From Burkholderiales bacterium (GTDB lineage: Bacteria; Patescibacteriota; Minisyncoccia; Phycocordibacterales; UBA9973): a stretch of DNA of 64,000 bases. Of this stretch, positions 1 through 9,658 are shown piece by piece. Under the pieces are notes generated by a model. That model was not told where the DNA came from. It saw only the letters and a list, made by a program, of their open reading frames with translations, and searched no databases. Location of the stretch: assembly GCA_023701005.1 (NCBI GenBank), contig JAMPXW010000003.1, forward strand, positions 9,148-73,147, given 5' to 3'. The first letter of the stretch is position 1. The number at the start of each line of letters is the position of its first letter. Made by a program: the position numbers and the translations under genes.

Positions 1-482
1 ATGGTGATGGAAGTTTTTCTGTAGACATGGGTTTGCCTATTTTTTCTCATACAGACTTTCCAAATAATTTTTTAGAACTAGAAAATTATTTATTTAATTT
101 TGTTTCCATGGGTAATCCCCACGCCGTGGCACAAATAAATAATTTAGAAGAAATAAATATAAAAACATTAGGCCCTAAAATAGAAAATAATAAAATTTTC
201 CCCAATAAAATAAATGTTGAATTTATAGAAAAAATTAATGATACTCATTTCAAAGTAAAAGTTTGGGAACGTGGATGCGGAGAGACACTTTCTTGTGGCA
301 CAGGAGCTTGTGCTATCTTTGCAATTTTAACCTCAAACCCTCCCGCTAGGCAAAACCTAGCGGAAACAAAAGAAATAACTTTAGAGTTTCCTGGAGGCAA
401 ATTATTCCTTTCAAAAAACGAAAAGGACCACGTTATTCTGCGTGGCCCCGCTACTTTCGTATTTAAAGGAGAAATAAATTAA
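1..482 (+). CDS. dapF: diaminopimelate epimerase, C-terminal part (5' end lies outside window)
   Basis: Reading frame open to window start; motifs GNPHAV and ERGCGETLSCGTGACA match DapF active-site region. Confidence 0.75.
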   Translation, partial: GDGSFSVDMGLPIFSHTDFPNNFLELENYLFNFVSMGNPHAVAQINNLEEINIKTLGPKIENNKIFPNKINVEFIEKINDTHFKVKVWERGCGETLSCGTGACAIFAILTSNPPARQNLAETKEITLEFPGGKLFLSKNEKDHVILRGPATFVFKGEIN

Positions 483-1561
483 ATAGTATTTCCTGTCTTA
501 ATAACATGATCAACTAATGTATGGGTATACCCCATTTCATTATCATACCATCCAAGCACTTTCACTAAGTTGCCACCCACAACTCTCGTCATTTCTAGGT
601 CTGCGATAGATGCATGAGATTCTCCAAGAATATCTGAAGAGACTAATGGCTCTTTTGTAACTGCAAACAATTTCTCCCATTTTTTATCTTTTGCAGCTTT
701 TTCTAAAATTTCATTCACTTCTTCTTTGGTAGTATTTTTCTTTGAAATAAAAGTAATATCCACTATCGATCCAGCTGGCACTGGCACTCTGATAGATATA
801 CCATCAAACATTCCTTTCAAATCTGGGAAGGCTTCTGTCACAGCTATGGCTGCACCAGTCGAACTCGGAACTATATTTTGTGCAGCAGCACGTCCTTCAC
901 GTAAATCCCCGCCTTGACTCGTCGGCGAGGCAGGTTTTTTGCTTGGCCCATCGACGAGGGCTTGTGAAGCAGTATATCCATGAACAGTATTCAAAATAGC
1001 TTTTTCTATTCCTAAAGATTCGTGCAATATAGAGATGAGTGGAGATGCGGCATTTGTAGTACAAGAAGCATTGGAAGTAATATCACAAGTTCCAAATTTA
1101 TCTTCATTTATTCCGAGTAATATTGTCTCTCCTTTCACACTATCATCTCCTCCCTTGGCAGGAGCAGATATGACAACTTTTTTAGCACCTTGATCAAGAT
1201 GAAATTTTGCTTTATCAAAAGAAGTAAATAATCCAGTAGACTCGACAACGACATCAATATCCAAATCTTTCCATGGAAGTTTTGTTGTATCTTTTTCCGA
1301 GAGAAATTTAATTTCTCGAGGTCCTTCCATAGCTTTAGCGGAAAAGGACGGGTAAATTAATAAATTTCCATTTTTAACTTCTACTTTATGTTCCCAATTT
1401 CTGTACACAGTATCATGACGCAACAAATAAGCGAGGCTTTCTATTGAACCAAGATCATTCACCGCAATTATTTCTAATTCTGGTCTCTCCCAAGCAATTT
1501 TTAAAAAAGCCCTACCTATTCTCCCAAAACCATTTATAGCTACTTTAGTTTTATTTTTCAT
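479..1561 (-). CDS. gap: glyceraldehyde-3-phosphate dehydrogenase
   Basis: INGFGRIGR Rossmann motif, SNASCTTN catalytic Cys motif, S-loop; carries an in-frame GC-rich insert (see repeat 906-938). Confidence 0.92.
   Translation of the reverse strand: MKNKTKVAINGFGRIGRAFLKIAWERPELEIIAVNDLGSIESLAYLLRHDTVYRNWEHKVEVKNGNLLIYPSFSAKAMEGPREIKFLSEKDTTKLPWKDLDIDVVVESTGLFTSFDKAKFHLDQGAKKVVISAPAKGGDDSVKGETILLGINEDKFGTCDITSNASCTTNAASPLISILHESLGIEKAILNTVHGYTASQALVDGPSKKPASPTSQGGDLREGRAAAQNIVPSSTGAAIAVTEAFPDLKGMFDGISIRVPVPAGSIVDITFISKKNTTKEEVNEILEKAAKDKKWEKLFAVTKEPLVSSDILGESHASIADLEMTRVVGGNLVKVLGWYDNEMGYTHTLVDHVIKTGNTI
906..938. repeat. GC-rich mini-element (family 1) inserted in-frame in gap; encodes PASPTSQGG
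   Basis: tccccgccttgactcgtcggcgaggcaggtttt; near-identical copy at 10203-10232; ~70% GC in an AT-rich genome. Confidence 0.6.
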
Positions 1562-1590
1562 ATTATTATTATAATGCTATTATATAAAAA

Positions 1591-4500
1591 ATGGAAGATA
1601 AAGAAATCAAATTTATACACCTTCACACTCACAGCCATTATTCCCTATTGGACGGTCTTTCCAAGCTAAAAGACCTAATAGATTTAGCAAAAAAAGACAA
1701 AGCAGGAGCTCTAGCCATCACAGATCATGGCAATATGTATGGTGCTATAGAATTTTATAAATTAGCAAAAAAAGAAGGTATCAAACCCATCATAGGAGTA
1801 GAAGCATACATCACAGCAGGTTCTAGAAAAGATAGAAATGTGGAATCAAACGGAGGTAAAAGATATTATCATTTGACTTTGCTAGCAAAAAATCTACAAG
1901 GTTACAAAAATTTAATACGGCTAGTCACTCTTTCAAACCTAGAAGGTTATTATTACAAACCAAGAATGGATAGAGAAATATTGAGAGAATATAGTGAAGG
2001 TGTCATAGCTATGTCTGGATGTCTCGGTGGAGAATTGTCACAAAGTATAGTAAATAAAGATTTAGAGAAATCAGAAAAAATAATAAAAGAACATCAGGAA
2101 ATTTTTGGTAAAGAAAATTATTTTATAGAAATTCAATGTCACCCTACAGTAGAAAATGACAAATATGTGAGAGACACATTGATAAGCCTAGCTAGAAAAT
2201 TTGATATCAAAATAGTAGCTACTCAAGATTCTCATTATCCATGTATCGACGATCACGAAGCTCATCACACTTTACTTCAAATCAACACTCAAGGAGATAG
2301 CAAAGAAGCTTCCAAATTTGAATTTTCTGAAGACAATTTTTCTCTAATAAATACAGAAGAAGCTTTAAAAGTTTTTAAAGATATACCTGAGGCTGTCGCA
2401 AATACTCAAATAGTAGCCGATATGTGTAATCTAGAATTAGAACTCGGCAGCTGGGTATTCCCAGATTTTAAAATAGAAGAAGGCAAAACATATGATGAGA
2501 AATTACGCGAGCTTACTTATGAAGGCTTCAACAAGCTTGGCATAGAACAAACAAAAGAAACCATAGAAAGAGTAGAATATGAACTTCAAATTATTTTCAA
2601 AAAAGGGTATTCGCCTTATTTCTTAGTTGTGGGTGATTTATTAAAATATGCAAAAGAAAATGGTATTTTAACGACGATTAGAGGATCTGTCGCAGGCTCT
2701 ATGGTCACTTATCTCGTTGGTATTACAAATGTAAATCCTATTGAATACAAACTCCCCTTCGAAAGATTTTTAAATCCATTTAGACCATCAGCTCCCGATA
2801 TAGATATGGATTATGCCGACAACAGACGGGACGAAATGATAGAGTATGCAAAAAGAAAATATGGTGAAGACAAAGTAGCCCAAATAGGAACTTTCGGAAC
2901 GATGATGGCTCGTGGTGCTGTGCGTGATGTCGCTCGAGCTTTAGGATATCCATACAACACAGGAGACAGAATTTCCAAAATGATACCGATGAGTTCTCAA
3001 GGTATGCCAATGACGATAGATCATGCGATGGAAATAGTTCCTGAATTAAAAGCTGCTTATAAAAGTGAAAAAGATACGAAGAAAATAATTGACCTAGCAA
3101 AGAAATTAGAAGGATGCGTCAGGCACATCTCTGTACATGCTGCTGGTGTCGTCATCGCACCCAAGCCTCTATATGAATACGCACCTACACAATTTGACCC
3201 AAAGGGTGGAAAGATAATCACTCAATACGACATGTACAGTATCGAAGATGCTGGATTATTAAAATTTGATTTCTTGGGAATTAGAAACTTAGCAATATTG
3301 GGAGATGCAATAAGTTTAGTTAAAAGATTTTATAATATAGATATAAATATAGAACGCATACCCCTAGATGACAAAAAAACTTTCGCTTTATTGGCGAGTG
3401 GGCAGACAGAAGGACTTTTCCAATTAAACGGAGCAGGCATGACAAGATATCTAAAAGAATTAAAACCGACTTCAATACATGACATCAATGCCATGGTGGC
3501 ACTCTATCGCCCAGGACCAATGGAATCAATCCCAGAATATATAAAACGTAAACACAATAGAAATCTCGTAAAATATTTAGATCCCAGAATGAAGAAATTC
3601 TTAGGTGAATCTTACGGCCTGATAGTTTATCAAGACGATCTTCTCTTTTGTGCTATAGAACTCGCTGGTTATAACTGGGAAGAAGCAGACAAATTCCGTA
3701 AAGCTGTCGGTAAAAAAATTCCAAAAGAAATGGCTGCTCAGAGAGAAAAATTTACAAAAGGAATAATCACAAATGGACAAACTCCGGAATTTGCAGAGAA
3801 GCTCTGGAAACTTTTTGAACCATTCCAAGCTTACGGTTTCAACAAAGCTCATGCAGCTAGTTATGGGCGTGTAGCCTATCAGACAGCATATATGAAAGCA
3901 AATTATCCTGTCGAATACATGACAGCCATTCTCACCGCTGAATCAGGAGATGTAGAAAAAATATCTGAAATTATCGACGAATGTAAACATATGAATATCC
4001 CCGTCCTCCCTCCAAATATAAATGAAAGTTTTGGTGGATTCACTGTGGTTTTAAATCAAAATGAAAACAACATACCTACTCCAGAAGACACAGCCAAAAA
4101 CGGCAAAATAAGATTTGGATTATATACTATCAAAAATTTAGGCACCGATATTTCGGACGTGATAATAAAAGAAAGAAAAACAAATGGTAATTTCAAATCT
4201 ATAACAGACTTCTTGGACAGAATAAAACACAAAAACTTAAATAAAAAATCAATGGAGGCTTTAATCAAATCCGGAAGCATGGATGAGTGGGGCGACAGAG
4301 GCGTCTTTCTTTCCAACTTAGAAGATATGCTCGCTTACAATAAAGAACTAGGAGTAAAAAATGAAAATCAAGTCTCTCTTTTTGGTGGCTTACCAGAATC
4401 AGACATGAATACATTTAAATTAAAAGAAGCAGAAAAAGCGACACAAGCAGAAAAATTATTGTGGGAAAAAGAATTGTTGGGGCTTTATATCTCAGGACAT

Positions 4501-4821
4501 CCATTGGATAGAATAAGAGATAAATTAGAAAGTCGAGAGATAAATATCAAAAAAATAAAAGAAGAATTAGGTAATGGCAGAGAAGTCACCATCGCGGGCA
4601 TAATAGAAACAGCAAGACAAGTGATAACAAAAAAGAATGAGAGAATGGCATTTCTAAAAATTTCAGATTTAACAGATTCAATAGAAATAGTAGCTTTCCC
4701 AGATATTTTTCAAAAATCCATAGATATCTTAATCCCAGAAAAATGTATAGCTTTCTCCGGCAAAGTTTCTCTTCGTAATGGCGAAAAAAGCATAATCATG
4801 GAAGCCGTAAAAGAAATATAG
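1591..4821 (+). CDS. dnaE: DNA polymerase III alpha subunit
   Basis: N-terminal PHP domain HLHTHSHYSLLDG, polymerase core motifs, 1076 aa. Confidence 0.9.
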   Translation: MEDKEIKFIHLHTHSHYSLLDGLSKLKDLIDLAKKDKAGALAITDHGNMYGAIEFYKLAKKEGIKPIIGVEAYITAGSRKDRNVESNGGKRYYHLTLLAKNLQGYKNLIRLVTLSNLEGYYYKPRMDREILREYSEGVIAMSGCLGGELSQSIVNKDLEKSEKIIKEHQEIFGKENYFIEIQCHPTVENDKYVRDTLISLARKFDIKIVATQDSHYPCIDDHEAHHTLLQINTQGDSKEASKFEFSEDNFSLINTEEALKVFKDIPEAVANTQIVADMCNLELELGSWVFPDFKIEEGKTYDEKLRELTYEGFNKLGIEQTKETIERVEYELQIIFKKGYSPYFLVVGDLLKYAKENGILTTIRGSVAGSMVTYLVGITNVNPIEYKLPFERFLNPFRPSAPDIDMDYADNRRDEMIEYAKRKYGEDKVAQIGTFGTMMARGAVRDVARALGYPYNTGDRISKMIPMSSQGMPMTIDHAMEIVPELKAAYKSEKDTKKIIDLAKKLEGCVRHISVHAAGVVIAPKPLYEYAPTQFDPKGGKIITQYDMYSIEDAGLLKFDFLGIRNLAILGDAISLVKRFYNIDINIERIPLDDKKTFALLASGQTEGLFQLNGAGMTRYLKELKPTSIHDINAMVALYRPGPMESIPEYIKRKHNRNLVKYLDPRMKKFLGESYGLIVYQDDLLFCAIELAGYNWEEADKFRKAVGKKIPKEMAAQREKFTKGIITNGQTPEFAEKLWKLFEPFQAYGFNKAHAASYGRVAYQTAYMKANYPVEYMTAILTAESGDVEKISEIIDECKHMNIPVLPPNINESFGGFTVVLNQNENNIPTPEDTAKNGKIRFGLYTIKNLGTDISDVIIKERKTNGNFKSITDFLDRIKHKNLNKKSMEALIKSGSMDEWGDRGVFLSNLEDMLAYNKELGVKNENQVSLFGGLPESDMNTFKLKEAEKATQAEKLLWEKELLGLYISGHPLDRIRDKLESREINIKKIKEELGNGREVTIAGIIETARQVITKKNERMAFLKISDLTDSIEIVAFPDIFQKSIDILIPEKCIAFSGKVSLRNGEKSIIMEAVKEI

Positions 4822-4836
4822 GCTGTGGATAACTAA

Positions 4837-4871
4837 ACAAGGGCGGTCCTTTATAAAAGGACCGCCCTTGT
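4837..4871. terminator. bidirectional rho-independent terminator between convergent dnaE and pth
   Basis: acaagggcggtcctt / tataa / aaggaccgcccttgt perfect 15-bp hairpin flanked by A/T runs. Confidence 0.65.
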
Positions 4872-4877
4872 CTAAAT

Positions 4878-5408
4878 TTAGTTATACAAACTCATTGCCT
4901 TATCTTTGCCTTCTATGAAAATCACTTCAATAGCTTCATTTACTTTCTTAGAAAGTTTTTTAAGTTCATTTAGTTCTTTATCTTTAAATTCACCAAGCAA
5001 GAATTTCAAAACATCTTTCTCCCCTTTTGGTTTCTTCAATTTGCCTCCTGGGGTCTCCGGAGAAATACCAATTCTTATTCTCACAAATTCTCTTGATTTT
5101 AATTTTTTGATTATTGATTCCAGTCCATTGTGTCCACCAGAAGATTTATCATAAGATATTTTCATTCTTCCTATTGGCAAATCAATATCATCATAAATAA
5201 CAATCAAATCTTTTAAATCTTTTTTTGATTTTATTAAAGGAGCAACAACTTTGCCAGAATTATTCATAAATTTGTCTGGATACACAAATTTAACTTTATC
5301 TTTTAAATCCAACTTCTTCTCCACCATACCAAGAACAATAAAACCAGTATTGTGTCTACTGTTTTCATACTCTTCGCCCGGATTTCCCAAACCAACGATT
5401 AATTTCAT
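4878..5408 (-). CDS. pth: peptidyl-tRNA hydrolase
   Basis: MKLIVGLGNPGEEY...HNTGF start chosen at conserved MKLIVGLGNPG; the six-frame ORF extends to 5450 but that extension is unlikely. Confidence 0.88.
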   Translation of the reverse strand: MKLIVGLGNPGEEYENSRHNTGFIVLGMVEKKLDLKDKVKFVYPDKFMNNSGKVVAPLIKSKKDLKDLIVIYDDIDLPIGRMKISYDKSSGGHNGLESIIKKLKSREFVRIRIGISPETPGGKLKKPKGEKDVLKFLLGEFKDKELNELKKLSKKVNEAIEVIFIEGKDKAMSLYN

Positions 5409-5436
5409 CCGAATATTATAACATAAAAAATAAATA

Positions 5437-5509
5437 CACCTCACCCCCAATCTGCTATTAAGCAGATTTTCCCCTCTCCTTAATAAGGAGAGGGGTTAGG
5501 GGTGAGGTG
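5437..5509. other. nested three-stem palindromic element in pth/lepB divergent spacer
   Basis: outer stem cacctcacccc/ggggtgaggtg enclosing hairpins atctgct-atta-agcagat and cccctctcctt-aat-aaggagagggg. Confidence 0.45.
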
Positions 5510-5605
5510 CTCCTACCTCAACAAGCGAATACTAGGTGGGGTTATATTTTATTCCACATCACAAATATTCATTGTGTCAAGGCTTTTTTGTGCTAAAATA
5601 AACAA

Positions 5606-6196
5606 ATGGAAGAACAAAATATACCTACACCCACAAAAGGTGCAGAGAAATTCAATAAAAAATCATTTTGGGAGCTAGTTCGTTTTGCTTTGTTTGCCTT
5701 AGCTGTAGTTATACCTGTCCGTATATTTATAGCTCAACCCTTCATAGTATCAGGGTCTTCTATGTTCCCTACTTTTGAAGATGGTCAATATTTGATAATC
5801 GATGAGATATCATACAGATTAAATGACCCAGAAAGAAATGATGTGGTAGTTTTTAAATATCCAAATGATCAAAAAAAATATTTTATAAAAAGAATAATCG
5901 GTTTACCTAACGAGACGGTAGACATAAGAGGGAAAGAAATAATAATCACAAATGAGACACACCCTGAAGGTCTTGTCTTAGATCAAAGCTACATACAAAA
6001 TCCATCTATTGATGATATACATTTCCAATTAAAAGATGGGGAATATTTTGTAATGGGAGACAATCGTAATGCCAGTTCTGATTCCAGATTTTGGGGAGCT
6101 GTATCAAAAGATCTTCTAATAGGAAAAGCTTTCGTGCGATTATTTCCAATTACTAAAGTAGGTATATTGCCAGGTGATTATAAAAAAGTCGAATAA
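5606..6196 (+). CDS. lepB: signal peptidase I
   Basis: GSSMFPTF catalytic Ser region, GDNRNASSDSRFWG box. Confidence 0.88.
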   Translation: MEEQNIPTPTKGAEKFNKKSFWELVRFALFALAVVIPVRIFIAQPFIVSGSSMFPTFEDGQYLIIDEISYRLNDPERNDVVVFKYPNDQKKYFIKRIIGLPNETVDIRGKEIIITNETHPEGLVLDQSYIQNPSIDDIHFQLKDGEYFVMGDNRNASSDSRFWGAVSKDLLIGKAFVRLFPITKVGILPGDYKKVE

Positions 6197-6212
6197 TTTA
6201 TTTTATCTAAAT

Positions 6213-7523
6213 ATGAAAAAAGTTAAGACAAACTCAAGTTCAAAAAATAATAAAAATCTAGCTTCTCCAAAAGGAATGCGAGATATAATAAATGAAGATT
6301 ATTATAGTTTCCAGGGATTTTTTGAAAAAGCACAAGAAGTCGCTGTTTATTATGGATTCAAACCCATCGAAACACCGATACTAGAAGATGAACAAGTTTT
6401 TGCTCGTGGAGTCGGAGAAGGTACTGACATTGTAGACAAAGAAATGTATAGCCTCAAGACAAAAGGCGGAGATCATCTAGCGTTAAGGCCAGAGCACACT
6501 GCTGGACTTATGAGAGCTTATGTAGAACACGGAATGCAGACACTCCCCCAGCCTGTCATGTTTTATAAATATGGTCCAAATTTTAGACACGACAATCCTC
6601 AACGTGGACGTTACCGTCAATTTTGGCAATTTGATATGGATAGTTTAGGAAGCGATAAAAGTATCATGGATGCTTTGATTATAAAAGTAGGAATGAGTAT
6701 ATTAGAAGAAGCAGGTGCACATAATCTTTCTATTGATATAAATTCAATCGGAGACAAAGAATGTAGAGGGGCTTATATAAAAGAACTCACAAACTATTAC
6801 AAAAAGCATTTAAATGTTTTACCAGCTGTAGATCGTGAACGATTAAAAACAAATCCTCTAAGAATATTGGATTCCAAAGATCCAAAGACAAAAGAAATAA
6901 ACGAAAACGCTCCAGATTCAATAAGCTTCCTCTGCCCTTCCTGTAAAAAACATTTCAAAGAAGTTTTAGAGTATTTAGAAGAAATGAATATCCCTTATAA
7001 TCTAAATAAGAATTTAGTCCGTGGTCTTTCATATTACACCAGAACTGTTTTTGAAGTTATTGAGGAAAATGGTGGTGAAGATGGGTCTCCTCTTACTATA
7101 GCAGGAGGTGGACGTTATGATTATTTAGCTCGCCAACTCGGAAGTAAAAAAGATGTTCCAGCTGTCGGCTTCTCTATTGGAGTAGATAGAATAGTAGATG
7201 CTCCTTGGTACAAAAAGCTCTCTCCTCGTATAATCAAAAAACCAAAAATATATTTCATTCAACTTGGCTCAGAAGCAAAACTAAAAAGCTTAAATATAAT
7301 AGAAATATTACGCAAAGCACATATACCGATAGCTCAATCATTGTCCAGAGATAGCTTAGGTTCTCAGCTTGCCATTGCAGAAAAATTAAATATTCCCTTC
7401 GCTATAATATTCGGAGTCAAAGAAGCGATAGAAGATTCTGTAATCGTTAGAGATATGTCCAATAGATCTCAAGAAACAGTCAAATTAAGTAAACTTTTAG
7501 AATATCTTAAAGAAATAAAATAA
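6213..7523 (+). CDS. hisS: histidyl-tRNA synthetase
   Basis: class II motifs, MRDII...RPEHTAG, GGGRYD; alternative upstream start at 6174 overlaps lepB. Confidence 0.88.
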   Translation: MKKVKTNSSSKNNKNLASPKGMRDIINEDYYSFQGFFEKAQEVAVYYGFKPIETPILEDEQVFARGVGEGTDIVDKEMYSLKTKGGDHLALRPEHTAGLMRAYVEHGMQTLPQPVMFYKYGPNFRHDNPQRGRYRQFWQFDMDSLGSDKSIMDALIIKVGMSILEEAGAHNLSIDINSIGDKECRGAYIKELTNYYKKHLNVLPAVDRERLKTNPLRILDSKDPKTKEINENAPDSISFLCPSCKKHFKEVLEYLEEMNIPYNLNKNLVRGLSYYTRTVFEVIEENGGEDGSPLTIAGGGRYDYLARQLGSKKDVPAVGFSIGVDRIVDAPWYKKLSPRIIKKPKIYFIQLGSEAKLKSLNIIEILRKAHIPIAQSLSRDSLGSQLAIAEKLNIPFAIIFGVKEAIEDSVIVRDMSNRSQETVKLSKLLEYLKEIK

Positions 7524-7550
7524 CTACGAGCTTAACGCCACAAAATTAAT

Positions 7551-8084
7551 ATGAAAAAGATAGTCCAAAAAGAAGATAGGGTTTTGCACAAAGATGCAAA
7601 AGAAATACCAGTAAAAGACATCACCACCCCTAAAATACAAAAAATACTAAAAGAGATGTCTCAAGCTCTTAAAAATCAAAGTGACGGTGTCGCTCTCGCC
7701 GCTCCTCAAATAGGATATTCCCTTTCAATATTTGTCGTATCTGGAAAAATATTTCATAAAGATTTCGTAAGAGGTATGCAAGAATTTGAAAAAATTCCTG
7801 AAAATGAAGTCCCTAAAGATTTAGTTTTTATAAATCCAAAAATTTCAAAACTTTCCAGAGAAAAAGAATGGCTACCAGAAGGATGCCTTTCCGTGAGATG
7901 GCTTTATGGAAAAGCTTTGAGATCCAAAAAAGCCATGGTGACAGCTTATGACGAAAAAGGTAAGAAATTTCAAAGAGGTGCTTCAGGACTATTAGCTCAG
8001 ATTTTCCAACATGAGACAGACCATCTAAAAGGTGTATTATTTATCGACCACGCCAAAGATATAAGGGAAGAACTACCTCAATAA
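7551..8084 (+). CDS. def: peptide deformylase
   Basis: GVALAAPQIG, EGCLS, QHETDHLKG metal-binding motifs. Confidence 0.9.
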   Translation: MKKIVQKEDRVLHKDAKEIPVKDITTPKIQKILKEMSQALKNQSDGVALAAPQIGYSLSIFVVSGKIFHKDFVRGMQEFEKIPENEVPKDLVFINPKISKLSREKEWLPEGCLSVRWLYGKALRSKKAMVTAYDEKGKKFQRGASGLLAQIFQHETDHLKGVLFIDHAKDIREELPQ

Positions 8085-8091
8085 AATAACT

Positions 8092-8994
8092 ATGGTAAAT
8101 AGCAAAAAAAATCTTAATTTTATTTTTTGGGGAACACCAGATGTAGCAAAAGAAACATTAGATATTTTAAAAGAAAATGGCTATTTGCCTTCACTCATTG
8201 TGACTTCCACAGACAAACCACAAGGTAGAAAAATGATATTAACTCCCCCTCCTGTAAAAGTTTGGGCAATAGAAAACAATATTCCATATATTCAACCAGA
8301 AATTTTGTCTGGCAAAGATTTGCTTTTAGCGGGTGTCTCGCAGGCTGACGAGCCGAGAGGCAGCGCTCCGTTAGTAAACGGAAACAGCGACCCGATAAAA
8401 GTAGAATCCTTGCCAGATTTATCTATCGTGGTAGCTTATGGGAAAATTATTCCTGAAGAAATTTTAAATATGCCAAAATTTGGTTCTATAAATATACATT
8501 ATTCTCTGCTACCTAAGTATCGTGGAGCATCACCAGTAGAAAGTGCTATTTTAAATGGTGATAAAGACACAGGTGTCACAATACAAAAAATGGAATACAA
8601 AATGGATACTGGTCCCATTATTTCCACAGAAAAAACAGAAATATTGCCTACAGAAAAAGCTTCCGAATTAAGAAAAAGATTAATTAAAATAGGAGGAGAT
8701 CATTTAGTAAAAACTTTACCAAAGATTTTAGACAACACCATAACTCTAACTCCACAAAAGGATGAAGATGCTACTTATTGCAAAAAAATAAAAAAAGAAG
8801 ATGGCTTGATAGATCTTAATGATGATGCACAAAAAAACTATAATAAATTTAGAGCTTATTCTACATGGCCTCGTTCTTTCTTCTTTTTAGGAGAAAAAAG
8901 AATTATCATCACAGACGCAATACTAGAAAATAATCTTTTCACTATTAAAAAGATCATCCCCGAAAGTGGTAAAGAAACTAGTTACACTAAATAA
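8092..8994 (+). CDS. fmt: methionyl-tRNA formyltransferase
   Basis: formyl transferase N domain (HYSLLPKYRGASP) and C domain; contains 66-nt GC-rich in-frame insert. Confidence 0.88.
   Translation: MVNSKKNLNFIFWGTPDVAKETLDILKENGYLPSLIVTSTDKPQGRKMILTPPPVKVWAIENNIPYIQPEILSGKDLLLAGVSQADEPRGSAPLVNGNSDPIKVESLPDLSIVVAYGKIIPEEILNMPKFGSINIHYSLLPKYRGASPVESAILNGDKDTGVTIQKMEYKMDTGPIISTEKTEILPTEKASELRKRLIKIGGDHLVKTLPKILDNTITLTPQKDEDATYCKKIKKEDGLIDLNDDAQKNYNKFRAYSTWPRSFFFLGEKRIIITDAILENNLFTIKKIIPESGKETSYTK
8329..8394. repeat. GC-rich in-frame insert (family 2) in fmt linker; encodes AGVSQADEPRGSAPLVNGNSDP
   Basis: ~60% GC; shares 17-nt core ggctgacgagccgaga plus tcg with intergenic site 56065-56084; absent from E. 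coli-type Fmt linker between QP and VVVAYG. Confidence 0.55.
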
Positions 8995-9015
8995 AAACAA
9001 AAAACCCCTTACAGC

Positions 9016-9047
9016 GAGTTTTTTGTCTGCAAGGGGTAATTTTAATT
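9016..9047. terminator. bidirectional terminator between fmt and sixA-like gene
   Basis: ccccttacag / loop / ctgcaagggg with T-runs on both strands. Confidence 0.6.
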
Positions 9048-9048
9048 A

Positions 9049-9486
9049 TTATTCCTCCACTCCATTTTCAATGTTAATAATTCTCATACATCCATAACCT
9101 ATTCTTTTATATCCAATATCAAAACCCTTAGTTTCTCCGTAGATGTTAGGGAAATCAGTCGTAAACTCAAAATGTGTAACTAATATTACAATATCACGAT
9201 CTGATTTATTTTCTATCATCTTTAGTATTTCTTCTACTTGTTTGGAGTTAAGTTCACCACCACTCGAGCGAAGTGCCTCAACTTCCTCAGTGTCACAGTT
9301 GAGATATCTTTCCAGGATTTCTTTGCTTTCTTTTGTACGTTCTGTAGGTGAGTAAAGAATAATAAAACTAAATTGAGAAAATTTATTTTTTAATTTTTCA
9401 CCCAATTCCTTTAACTGCTCCCTTCCTTCGTTTGTTAGCGAAATATCTACATAATCCCCATGGCGAATTAAAACTAGTTTTTTCAT
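9049..9486 (-). CDS. histidine phosphatase superfamily protein (SixA-like phosphohistidine phosphatase)
   Basis: LIRHGD catalytic RHG motif, SPTERTKES, VTHFE second His. Confidence 0.6.
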   Translation of the reverse strand: MKKLVLIRHGDYVDISLTNEGREQLKELGEKLKNKFSQFSFIILYSPTERTKESKEILERYLNCDTEEVEALRSSGGELNSKQVEEILKMIENKSDRDIVILVTHFEFTTDFPNIYGETKGFDIGYKRIGYGCMRIINIENGVEE

Positions 9487-9658
9487 TTTTTGTTCTCCTA
9501 ATTATTATTTATTGAGTTATTTCTGTCTCTAAAGAATTAGAAACAAAAATAACCCAACAAATCTAACTTAAGAAGTTAATGTCAAAAAACTATTATATTA
9601 CATATAATAGCACAGATATTAAAATCTGTAAATAGTAACGTAAATTAAATATTTTCTT

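Noticed and set aside
726-917. 63-aa plus-strand ORF antisense to gap (and similar antisense or overlapping ORFs at 2780-3100, 3601-3852, 4056-4316, 4906-5154, 9143-9355, 12929-13282, 23693-23941, 26372-26605, 60280-60853 etc.)
   Set aside because: These are fully embedded in, and antisense to, strongly conserved genes. They have low-complexity composition and no motifs, which is typical of spurious ORFs in AT-rich DNA.
4878-5450. Longer pth ORF starting at 5450
   Set aside because: Conserved Pth N-terminus MKLIVGLGNPG begins at 5408. The upstream extension would run into the palindromic element.
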